Assembly (NCBI RefSeq): GCF_018977255.1 | Contig: NW_024704742.1 | Coordinates: 89,034,001 to 89,098,000 of the forward strand | DNA length: 64,000 nt | Direction: 5' to 3' | Source of the DNA: Callorhinchus milii | Taxonomy: Eukaryota | In this document: positions 51,324-62,404 of the stretch, piece after piece | Layout of the letters: each line of letters opens with the position of its first letter | How positions within the stretch are numbered: the stretch's first letter is position 1 | Position numbers and translations under genes: made by a program | The notes under the pieces: generated by a model | Seen by the model: the letters and a program-made list of their open reading frames with translations, nothing else | What the model was told of the DNA's origin: nothing | Database searches by the model: none

Positions 51324-51384
51324 TCTGGTGAACCTAAAATCAAAAGAACATGGTTACTTATCAGTTACACCTCTGTTATTTTGT

Positions 51385-52612
51385 ATTGTCTTTGGTATGG
51401 TGACACCTGGTTATCTTTTTGTTCTTTTTACCTTGGTATTAGATCAAGTATACTGCTGCACTTGCCTTGTCCACAATGGGAAATAGCCCCTTCCATTTTG
51501 GTACAAAGGCATGGGATTTGGTATCGTAGTTCAGCACCATTATTGTGTTTCCAAACTCATACTCAAAAGATCTGACTTTTTTTGTCAAAGGGTGGCAAGT
51601 TCTGCAAATTGAGAAGAATGAGGGATGCACGCAAATATCAGAAAGTAGCCAACAAGTGCCTTTCTCATCAGTTATAGGTCTTCTGCACTCCAGTGAGGAT
51701 GTGGAATGCATATACAATGGGTCTGAGGTGCCCTTGTATTTCTTGATTTTTTTACAGCAGCCAGGCTTTGGTCAATTGCTGCCACTTCAAGGTGGAATGG
51801 TTGCTCAAGTCGGGGGGATGATAAAGCACGTAGCCTACATCACCCACTGGGCAAACACTGCAGCTGTATAACTGCTCCATCCGCTGGTCTGTCAATTCAT
51901 CGTCCGGAACTAACATTTTGAGCAAAGTCATGTGGAATAAATGACCTTTGAGAGCCGACCAGTTCCAAAAATGAATGGAGTGTCGTCAAAGACATAGAAT
52001 CATACAGCGCGGAAGGAAGCCATTTGGCCCATTGTGTCTGTGTCGCTCTTTGAAAAGAACTATCCAAATCAATCCCACTCTCCCGTTCTCTCCCCATAGC
52101 CCTGCAAACTTGTCCTCCCCCAAAAACTATCTACTTCTCTCTTAAAAGCTATTATCGAGTCGGCTAATCAGTAGAGGCAGTCTCTGAATAATGTCCACCT
52201 TATGTTGGTCGGGGCTGCGGGCCTGAGGTGACAAATAGATACCAACAAAAGTAAGATCTGGTTGTATTATCTGAGCCCTTTTAGGGTTAACATTGCGTCC
52301 CACCTGTTGGAGCAATGACAACATTTCCGTTAAAAGCTGGATGTGCTGTTCAACAGTCTCAGGGACCACATACATCATCCACATACTGTAATAAGCATTT
52401 TGATCGTCTGAGTCATACGCTGGTGGAAGATGTAGGAGAGTTGTGGAACCTCTGTGGCAAACATGTCAAAGTGTACTGCTGATCTTCGAAGGTGAAGCAA
52501 ATTTGTACTGATCTTCTCTTCGCACTGGGACACTCCAAAATCCATTAGAAATATCCAGGGGAGAGAACCACTTTGCTTTAGGGGTAGTTTGGGATAATAG
52601 GGTAGGAGTCTC
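51385..52612 (-). pseudogene. pol: pol remnant: RT, degenerate RNase H tether, integrase C-terminus
   Basis: KWFSPLDISNGFWSVPVRREDQYKF; YTLTCLPQRFHNSP; CLLQYVDD (YVDD 52374-52385); LHSFLELVG; PFHLEVAAIDQSLAAV..LRPIVYA..ERHLLATF; FVPKWKGLFPIVDK..VYLI. Confidence 0.9.
51992..52163 (-). mobile_element. CR1 3' end inserted in ERV pol
   Basis: Reverse complement gives AATGGGCCAAATGGCTTCCTTCCGCGCTGTATGATTCTATG, like the 17570 copy. Confidence 0.85.
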
Positions 52613-52917
52613 TGTGCCACTTTGATTTCTCTTTTTCCCTTTTGTACCTCTCCATTAATACCAGCTGTACTGCTCTATACGACTGACTTCTCTGTGTCAT
52701 GCTATTTACTATTTCCTCTTTGCCCTTTATACCAGACAATTTTTTTTCAAACCTATTAGTCACTGCATATAACTACTTTACTCTATCAGAGGGAATCGTG
52801 CCCCCTCGCTCCGTATATTACTAACCGGTATTTCAAACAGCTAAATTATAACCCCGCCCTTTGAGGTCTACTGTTACTACGGATGTTGATCCCTTGGTCT
52901 ATATTCACACTGTCTTT

Positions 52918-52935
52918 CTCCTGGCTGACTCGCCA
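52918..52935 (-). promoter_or_regulatory. Primer-binding site, tRNA-Arg type
   Basis: Minus strand TGGCGAGTCAGCCAGGAG, 3 nt after the 5' LTR; complementary with one mismatch to the tRNA-Arg(ACG) 3' end CTCCTGGCTGGCTCGCCA as recalled from memory. Confidence 0.8.
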
Positions 52936-52938
52936 ATT

Positions 52939-53323
52939 TGTAAGAAATTCGAGGAAGATACAACCAAAATGGTATTATAAATAATAATTTTAATAGGATT
53001 GAACCCCAGCAACCATGATTAATCAATTTAACATTCAAACACCATAATTAAAACCATGAATACAACAGAATTGGTATTACCCAGTCCTGCTGGGAAGCGC
53101 ATTGGTCTCCTACAATGACTTCAACTTTCCTTCTGCACTGAACTTTATACCCTCTTCTTTTTTGGACAAGCATACCAGTTCTGGTCTCACCAATTCAAGT
53201 CTCTACGAGACAATGTTGGTTTGCTGGGACCAATCTCGTCAACCTTGGCTGTCAGGCCAATGTGGATTTATTGTACTGGTCTCGTTAACAGAAAGTTGAC
53301 CTTGTTACCTTCAATATCTTACA
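52939..53323 (-). repeat. 5' LTR (385 bp)
   Basis: TG..CA termini with 7 bp inverted repeats TGTAAGA / TCTTACA; TATAAA on the minus strand at 53144-53149; tandem CAATGT.G.TT repeats in the U3 portion. Confidence 0.9.
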
Positions 53324-53356
53324 GTGGGTATTCTAGATTGATGAGATTAAATGGGC

Positions 53357-54190
53357 AACAACAACACCACCAACAAAATTACATTTGTAAAGTGCCTTTC
53401 ACGTTGGGAAGACATCCCAAGTCGCTGAACAGTCGGAGATGAGGACCCGAGCATGGTGGGGGGGCAGGGTTGGGATGAGGGAGGGCAGAGAGGTAGAAGA
53501 GCAGTTGAAGGCACAGTCGAAAAGGAGGGTCTTGAGTCGTGCCTTGAAGGAGGCAAGAGAGAGAGTTCCAAAGGGTGGGGGCACAGAGGCTGAAAGCCCG
53601 GCCACTGATGGTAGGGCAGATCAGGCGGGAAACATGGAGCAGCCCGGAGTCTGCTGAATGGAGGAAACGGACAGGTTTATATGGGGTTAGCAGGTCAGAG
53701 ATGTAGGAGGGGGCAAGGCCATGGAGGGCCTTGAAAGTGAGGATGAGGATTTTGAATTCTATCCCCTGAGGGATGGAGAGCCAGTGGAGCTGGGTGAGGG
53801 TGGGGGTGATAGGGTCACGGATCTTGGTGCGGGAGAGGACATGAGCTGCAAAGTTTTGGATGATCTGCAGCTTGTGGAGGGAAGAGTTGGGGAGCAGACA
53901 AGGAATAAGTTTCTGTAGTCGAGCCTTGAGATGACGAATGCGTGTATGAAGGTTTCGGCGGCCTGAGGGTTGAGGCAGTGCCAGTGTCAGGCAATGTTGC
54001 GGAGGTGAGAGAAGGCAGAGCGGGTCATGGCATGGATATGGGGGAAGAAAGGAAAGTTGAGGGTCGAATAAGACGCCCAGGTTCCTGACTGGCTTGGTGA
54101 GGTGGCGTGTGCATCCGTGGATGTTGATGTTACCAGAGGTGAGAGTGTGGAGGTGCTGATGGGAGCCAATCACGGGGGCCTCAGTCTTGC
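53357..54190 (-). mobile_element. L2 LINE 3' fragment
   Basis: KTEAPVIGS..RNLGVLFD..LQIIQNFAA..LHWLSIPQGIEFKIL. Confidence 0.9.
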
Positions 54191-54544
54191 TAAAAAAGGA
54201 CAAAAGGACCTTCTTCATCTGAACCTCTCTGTTGATGTTGTGGTTTGCCCTTAAACCCTCCATCAATAGTTAACAGCAGTACTACAGGATCCTAGCAACA
54301 GAAGAGCAATCATTTAGTGTCATAGATGTATGGGTCAGTTTTATAACAATGAACAGTGAATCAACACACTTTTCAAAAAGGAGTCCTATTGAGTTCAGCC
54401 AGTATGAAATTGAATTTTGTAGTTTTTTTTACTGATTCCTGACATCTAGCAATGTCCACTGAGAAAAAAATCTAATTTGTGGGTAAAAATGACTGAATTC
54501 CTTTGTGAAAAAAAAATATATCTCATGGACTCAACTTTCTAATG

Positions 54545-54700
54545 CCCTGAACAGGCAGACAGCACCTCTCATCCAAAGGATGGAATTTCCAACAATGCAG
54601 TGCTACCCTTATACTGTACTGAAGTATCAGCCCAGATCAAAATCCCAAAGTGGGGTTTAAACCTTCAGAATTAGAGGTGAGAGTGCTACCAACTGAACCA
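54545..54700 (-). mobile_element. Deu-SINE 5' fragment
   Basis: Reverse complement GGTTCAGTTGGTAGCACTCTCACCTCT head and GGATGAGAGG..GTCTGCCTGTTCAGG. Confidence 0.6.
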
Positions 54701-55166
54701 GGCATAAACATATTTGTTTTTGGATGGATGTCAGCATACCAAAGAATGGGTTAATAATGTGTTCATGTCATCGTGGGGAAAAAATGAGGGTGAGGAAGAA
54801 GAGCAACAACTTTTCCAATGTATTTTGATTTTGTTTCCTGTAAGGATTTTAAGTCATTCCACATTGCATGTGCTTTTAAGCTGGAAACACAAATGGACCA
54901 TCAATTTCTGAACCAGAGAGATAAAACGAAAACTTGAAGCAATCTGTTTCTACATTTATTTATTCTGTATTCAATTGAAAATTCATAATCCTATTTAAAA
55001 GAGTTCCACATCCTATTGCTGCCAATTCTCCATCTGAGAATGATATGCATAGGGCTGGGCGGCTATGTATTGCTTGGGCAAATGAACTTGACTGCTGTGC
55101 AGTTAGGATAATGGATTGTGAAGATGTAACTGTATTGATGGGTTGGATGAGTTTGCTTAATGTAAT

Positions 55167-55473
55167 ATAATAATAATAATCCTTGCATTTGATATAGCAT
55201 TTTTCATGTTTTCTAGACGTCTCAAAGAGCTTCACAGAATGGACCGTAAAATGAATTGACTATATTTGTGGTGAAATGCGGCAGCCAATTGCGCACAGCA
55301 GTGTCCCACAAACAGTCTTAGAATGAAATGACCAATTTATTATTGTTTTATTTGAGGGATTATTATTAGCCGTGTGGAATTAGGAAACTTGCCCAAGGTT
55401 TCACCCTGCCAGGAATCGAACCTAAGTCTCTTACTTGCAAATCAAGTTGTCTAACCACTGAGCTACAGGACTC
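55167..55473 (-). mobile_element. tRNA-derived SINE
   Basis: Reverse complement GAGTCCTGTAGCTCAGTGGTTAGA..GGTTCGATTCC..ACCTTGGGCAAGTTTCC; (ATT)n tail. Confidence 0.85.
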
Positions 55474-56110
55474 CACAATATGCTCCGGCCTGCTCCACAT
55501 TCCCCTGCCCCCCCCCCACCATGTGCCAGCAATGTAACCATAAAATAAAGGTGAATTTCCAATAGAATCCATTGCCGTTGAATGAATCTGCACAAACTAA
55601 AATTTATGATAGATAGTACCTACAGCTCTTTCTCTAAATCTTCTCTTCACATCTTGTCAGTAGTAAGTCTCTTACTATACCTCCAAGATATGAAATCAGT
55701 CTGCCACCAAATCCCAGCAGAAATGTACAAGGACAAGAACGATGACTAATAGGTAGGAATGCTGTCTGCTACTATTCAGTTGCTGGCACTTTCATCCCAT
55801 CTGTATTCCCAATGTTTTTTTTTTACTTTCAGCCAACCTATCCCAATTCTCTACAACTCATTCCTGGAGTCCTTCTGACTTGATCCTCTCTCACTCATTC
55901 AAGGTCTGTCTCAAGACTTACCTCTTTGACCTTGTTTTTCATCATTTTTCTTCTCTCCACCTTCCTGGGCTCTCACCCCATCTTGGGACATCCTCCCAAT
56001 CTGAAAGGCGTTATATAAATGTACATTTGTATTGTATTGCACCATGAGATAATGGTGTTGAGGGTTCAGTGAGGAGTCACGCTGCTCATACCACACTTTG
56101 TTTACACATT

Positions 56111-56330
56111 GGGGTCTAATAGGTAGCGATTCATAACAGGAGTCCCAAAAAGCAACTCCTACCAGCAACCAGTCATCTGTCATGCCAACCCACCCCTGGG
56201 AATTCCACTCCAAAATAATCTACATTGGGTCAGCACTTTTCTGTGGCGTTACAGTTACTGGCAGGAGTCGGTATTGGAGACTCAGTCACTATTAGTCACT
56301 CATGTTACGAATCACCAAATATTAGGCCCC
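56111..56330. mobile_element. MITE, PIF/Harbinger-like
   Basis: TIRs GGGGTCTAATA..GATTCATAACA / TGTTACGAATC..TATTAGGCCCC; inner inverted pair ACTCCTACCAGCAAC / GTTACTGGCAGGAGT; ATT on both flanks. Confidence 0.65.
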
Positions 56331-58517
56331 ATTATTGATTAACAGAGCGATCTAGCGTTTTACTGCTCATCTGAAACGTACCAGACAAAAGAAAGGTAGC
56401 TTGCAACGATCACGATATAAACTCTTAATGTGGTTTCAGACAATGGCCCAGAGTATTGCTATCCTATTAGATTTTAGTATTTTAAATAGAATTTATAGAA
56501 AGGTAGCATATAATGTGACACTAAAGTAGTCCCTCACAAATTATCTACGAGTATGTTTTCAAATTGCGAGTTTCTAGTTTTTTAAATACACTTCTTTTGT
56601 TAAATTGACCATTCAAGTTGTTTCATTTTCCAAATCACTGCCTGCCAAGAACACCCATTGATTCCTTATCCTACTGAAAGCTGATTCCTTGAAATACATC
56701 TGCCGCCATCAAATCTATTGATTCTAATCAATTCCCATGTTTCCCAATTTCGGGGCTCACCCCTGCTCATTACACTGTTCTTTTAAAATAAAGGCCAATT
56801 TGAAATAGTTTTTGTGTCTAGGATCTTATTAGTCCACAAATGTTGAGGTTGATACTTTTCATTGAACCTTTTATACCGCTTGCATTGTAAATTTGATTAT
56901 TGAGAGCCATATCAGATCCACAAATTTCTGCCTTTAACTCGACTAAAGAAAACATGGACAAAATCAAAGTAGAATCTCAAAAATGCCTTACCAAGTGTCA
57001 CTATTATCAAGCAGATGGGATTTATAGCTTGCAGCCTATTGAGGACGGAACTTTCCTGTTAGATTCACACCATGAATACAGTATTGTTTACTGAAAGCCT
57101 GGAAACCAATTTTCTTTATACTGGAAGAAGCAAACGGCTATGGATCTGTCAGTCTGATGCCAGAATGCCTTTATTTTGCTTGTCAGTAGTTCATGTGTAT
57201 ACTTCCTATTGAAAGTTCACTTGTGCAAAACTTTAAAAGGGCACCTTTCAGGGATTTATGGTAAAACTAACTCTCAAAGGAGCTGCTGAAATCCTTTCTT
57301 CCAATGATCTATGTGTTAATTTCTAACGAATTGTGTACATTGAGGATCACCTACCCAGTGTTTTCTGCGCACTCCCTGCTGATTTGGAGGAAAATCCATC
57401 AATAACCAAATTTATGTAATGAAATGGATGTCATTTTAATGCAGGGAAAGTTTGAGCTGAAATAATTACTGGAATTCAAAGCAGTAGAACTGGTCTATTT
57501 GGTTATGGATTTCACTAAAGCCCATAAAATGTTCAAATATTAAAATGAAATCCATTGAGTTTCAGGAGGGAAGAGCTACTTAAAACATGACCTTTTGAAA
57601 CATATTTTCACAGTACAGACACGGTACAGTAAAGGTCTTCTAGCAGTGTAGCATCCAATATCATTCATGGGCGAATATGTCAAATGTCCTGTTCAGTATT
57701 AAATATGTAAATTCTCTTTCTGCAATTAAACATTGGAGACAGATATATAAATGTGTATTTAATACCATATAGGTGTGTTTCCTGGAAAGCTTTGGACAGG
57801 AAATATTTATGCATCTACTGTTCAGAATCCAGAATACCAACAGTGCTTATTAATGAATTCAGATCTATGGAGACTTCAAATGTGGAGGTGACTGTTGCTG
57901 GTCAACATAATTGTGTTAGGAATATTTAGTGTGATTATTATGCATGTAATACAGATCCGTAAGCAGTAATGAGGTCCAGTTGAATTTCAATTGCCCAGGT
58001 ACCTTAGATGAATAACAGCATGCTTCTCATTCCACAAAAGATGTATATATGTAGGAGGCAGTATTGAGCAAAGACAAGGAAATGTATTTGGATAATGGAG
58101 GAAATATTTGATAATTATACAGTTAATACAATTTACATTTTATATAGTGCATTTCATGTCAGGAGGACGTCTCAAAGCACTTCACAAAGCTGGCTTGGCA
58201 CCGAACTAGGGGTGGAGCTGAGAGATGTGGGGAAACATGACCAAAAGTGCGATCAAAGATGTACATTTTGAGATGGACCTTGAAAGCTGTGATGGAGGGA
58301 GTAAGTTGGAGGAAACAAGGGGAAGGAGGGAGTTGGAGCGAACGAGGGGAGAATCATGGGCAATAGTGTAGCAATGAAACAGTGTTTCAAGTTACAGAAA
58401 TGAAACTGGTTCATGGCATAGTTTCAGACTCAAGTAAATCAGAGAATTATTATTATATAAAGCATTAGCATATTGTAGAGATGGCTCAAAGTACTTCACG
58501 GGATTTACTGTAAAGTG

Positions 58518-58880
58518 GAGTCCTGTAGCTCAATGGTTAGAGTAGTCACCTCACAAATGAGAGACCCGTGTTTGATTCCCGACAACGAAAAATGTTGGGC
58601 AAGTTTCCTTACTCCACACGCCTCTGTTTACTTAGCATTAAGTAGAAACCCGGTTGTTAGTTGATTGGCAGAAAGCTTTTCTGGGAGTAATAATTCCTTC
58701 CAAAAAAAAAATTTGGCACTTCAATCCACAACAGTTTGTGGGACACTGCTGTGTGCAATTGGCTACCACGTTTTGCCCACAAAATACAGTTCACTTTACA
58801 ATACATTCTATGAAGCGTGATTGAGACGTCTCAGAGACGTGATATGGCGCTATACCAAATGCAAGGATTATTATTATTTA
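58518..58880 (+). mobile_element. tRNA-derived SINE, full length, with 13 bp TSD
   Basis: A box TAGCTCAATGG, B box GTTTGATTCC; TTACTGTAAAGTG at 58505-58517 and 58883-58895. Confidence 0.88.
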
Positions 58881-59129
58881 TCTTACTGTAAAGTGCTGTG
58901 ACTGTGTTGGTTATTTGTCATTCTTATCCTGTCCAATAAAGTAACCTGATGAGAACAGGAAAGATTGAGGCAAGTTATTTAAAGGCGAAGCAAAAAGGAA
59001 AAAATACACAGCAAAATCTGGGAATCCACAACATAATCAACAGCTGGTAAAGAAAAAAATTAGCATTTGAGATATAAGCCTTTATTGGTACATCTTGAAA
59101 TCTTCAGGCATGCAACTTCCAGAGAGTCT

Positions 59130-59300
59130 CTGGACAGTGATCAATAGGAGCAAGAACGTGGGCTGATTTCTCTCTCCCGAACCCATGGGCAGTGAGGCTA
59201 ATTGTAGCCCACCACCTGCTCACCTCCTCCCTTGAGATCAGCTAAGTCAGAGCAACATTCGAACATATAAACTTGTGCCTCATGTGTCCCAGTATTTCAC
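59130..59300 (-). mobile_element. Old SINE-like fragment, related to ~28730-28830 (+)
   Basis: Reverse complement GGGTTCGGGAGAGAGAAATCAGCC resembles GGGTTAGAGAAGGGAAAATCAGAC at ~28760. Confidence 0.4.
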
Positions 59301-59814
59301 CCATGAAACCATCGGAGAGCATCCCTGTACCTAGTTTAACAACTATGATGGCATTTTACCTCTGGCCTCTGGCATATTTGGGGTAAATATCTAACCTGGG
59401 TCTGATAACTAGGTCTGTGACTTTCATTTTGATATTTCCTTGGTTTATGGTAATAGTTTAGAAGCTGTTTTTCCCTTTTGTTAGATAATAACCCACAATG
59501 CAATATACATTTATTAGCGCCTTTATTAGGAGGGTGTCTCAAAGTGCTTAAAATAGAACTTAAAATCATCTTAAATTGAGTAACTGTAGACCCAAATGAA
59601 ATTTCATCCCTGTGTTTTATTAATATAGATTATTGTGAAAAGGTGAAGGCCACAAAATTAAAGTGAGTGGGATGGTCCCATCTTGCTTTAGTGCTTCTAT
59701 ATACAGATTTACAAAGAATGTACAGCACAGAAACCAGTCTGTGTTGCCTTACTTTTAACTGAAACTCTTAAAAAGTAAAGTGAAAAGCAAAACTGATTAT
59801 CCATAATCCTAGTG

Positions 59815-60340
59815 TGTGTCAGCCTGGTTCAGGTTGTAGCACTCAATAATAATAATAATCCTTGTGCTATATCAAATGCACCTTGTGCTATATCAAATGC
59901 ACCTTGTGCTATATCGTGTCTTCGAGACCTCTCAAAGCGCTTCACAGAATATACTGTAAAGTGAGTTGACTGTATATTTTGTGGACGAAATGCTGCAATG
60001 TTTCTGAGTCAGAAGGATATCGGTTCAAGTCCCATGTCAGGACTTTGAACTCATCTAGTCTAGGCTGACACTCTAATTCTCGTTCAGGTGGGTGTTCAAG
60101 ATCCCATGACATCAGTTGAAAAGAGAAGGGATTTTCTCCCGGTATCCTGGCCAACAATGCCCCAACGAAAATTGGTTATTCACTTCATGCCTGTTTGTAG
60201 GACATTACTGTTTACAAATTGGCTGCTGCTTCTGTCCATAAAACGCAGACACTACGCTTTACAATATATCCTATGAAGCTTTTTGAGACATCCTCCTGAC
60301 ATGAAAGCAGCTGTACCAAATGCAAGGATTAATATTGTTA
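59815..60340 (+). mobile_element. Deu-domain SINE with a nested minus-strand SINE tail (~59845-60000)
   Basis: Head GGTTCAGGTTGTAGCACTC interrupted, resumes CTGAGTCAGAAGG..GGTTCAAGTCC; Deu core and tail. Confidence 0.7.
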
Positions 60341-62404
60341 TTTTTATAATTATTATCCTAACCATCGGATATCACATTTTAAAGCAAAACTGATAGCTGG
60401 TGTCTGGCTAAGTGGAGGGGGATTTGTACAGAAATCTGGTGGATTGTCTGTGAAACAATTACCTTAAACTGTCTACAAAATGAATGTGATGGCAGGCTCC
60501 ATTTTCTCCTTTGACTGCATAACTCCGGACTCTGAAGAAAATGATCTTATCAGCATGAGTCATCCTCTGCAGCACTCCCATTTGTTTAAAATGGCTTTTT
60601 AGGCTCCATGCCAGCACTTATAGGGTACTAAAGACTCTGACTGTGAAGATGATTTTGACCCCAAAAATCAATGACGGCATGTTGGAAACGATAAACATGA
60701 TTTAGAACTATTGCATGCTTGAACTGGTGCAGTTTTATAGCCTGGATGCATCTCCAATTCAAGGGCATGAGTAGCAGTAAACTAACTCATTTCATGTGTA
60801 ATGCAGGGCTGACATAATGTAATAATGTTAACAGAAAAAACACAGAATGCAATCTGGAAGAAGCGGTATGCAGTTCTTTTTAACAAAGTCTTCTGTGACC
60901 TTAGACCTTTGCTGACTGTCGGACGGGAACCAAATTGAATTCTCTATTGAATTGTCTTATCCTTTGAATTACGCTGTCTCTTTTTCTTGTCAGTGTTTTT
61001 TGCAAAGTTAACCCTTTGCGCACTAACAATACAGTAATGTGTTTTTTTTCCCCCCTCCCCTTCCCTCCCCCCATTTCACTCTCTGTCCATCGCGCTTTGA
61101 TACCCTTTCTGTGATAACTTTAATAAAAGAAAATATGACAGGTGTTAACTGCACTGGGTAGAACACTCCCCAGCTCTACCGACAAAGTGCTGCTTCTATA
61201 TTCAGTCAGTACGAACCATACCCATCGGAGGAGCAGGTATATATGAACTAGCAGATGCCCCAAGGCAGGCCATCTGCCAGTGTCAGGATTTCCACAACAG
61301 TGGTCTAATTGGAATGTCACCCTTAGCTGAGAAATCTTTAGCAAGTGCATAGCATTCACAGTGCTGGGGCACCTAATGAGAGAACAATCTTGCAAGAGCT
61401 ATGTCTTAACAGGCTTCAAATTGTATTGACAAAGTTGTGATGTTCTTTAACAGGTATTCCTTAATATGTCCTAAGTAATCTGCCCTGGCCAACAACCTCC
61501 AACAGTCATTGCCGTAAAGATTTTTGAGATGTTTCGAGGTAATATTGGATGAGAAAAAGTTCTATCTTTAACAAATTGGGTTGACAATCGAGATGATATC
61601 CTTGCATTTGATATGACCGCCTTGTCACGTCATTAAAATGTTTTAAAGCGCTTCACAGGATATAGTGTAAAGTGAAGTGACTGTGGGTATTTTGTGGGAG
61701 ATCTGTGATGTGTTGATCAACACTGGTTATCAATCTTACTGGTGATAAATGGCTGATGATGCTGATTAATAAAATAAAGCCAGCCAATAAGCAAAGATTT
61801 CCTCCAGACTTCATTACAAAGGTCGGGGCTGATGCAGTTTTACACATTTGGCAGTGGGAACAGACTTAACTCAACATAAGAACATATGTTGTAATACCCT
61901 GTATGATGCAGAGGATACTACATGATTCATATAGACATTTATATATATGATTGACCGAATAACTTGTTGTATGAGTAGACTTAGCATTTTGCTGACATAA
62001 TAATAATATAATAATAATAATCCTTGAACTTGACATAGCGCCTTATCACATCTTCTAGACGTCTCAAAGCGCTTCACAGAATATACTGTAAAATGAATTG
62101 ACTATATTTTGGATGAAACGATAGCGGGTTATGGTGATTAGTTAGAAGTGGTAGTTGCAGACAAAGAAAACAGCACAAATGGGAATGTTTTAACGAAACG
62201 TATAAAATGTGCAGGCACACGTGCATGGTGTACTAAGGGACAGAAATGTCTAGGTGTGGTCTCCCAGCTGATTAATCTAAAAGCACACATATATTGCAAA
62301 ATTATATTTTGCCAACAGGTATTAGTTTTCATATATACAACATGAGGACATGTATCCATTAACGTAGCACAATGCTGATTCTAGTGTTTGTACCAGATGC
62401 TTTA

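Larger units (their letters stand above)
49768..53323 (-). mobile_element. Endogenous retrovirus, internally deleted provirus with two LTRs
   Basis: Direct repeats 49768-50524 and 52939-53323; TSD GTGG at 49764-49767 and 53324-53327; PBS, PPT, pol and env-like remnants in retroviral order. Confidence 0.9.

Noticed and set aside
53379..54266. 295 aa ORF
   Set aside because: Chance join of L2 ORF2 frames in a truncated copy; not a host gene
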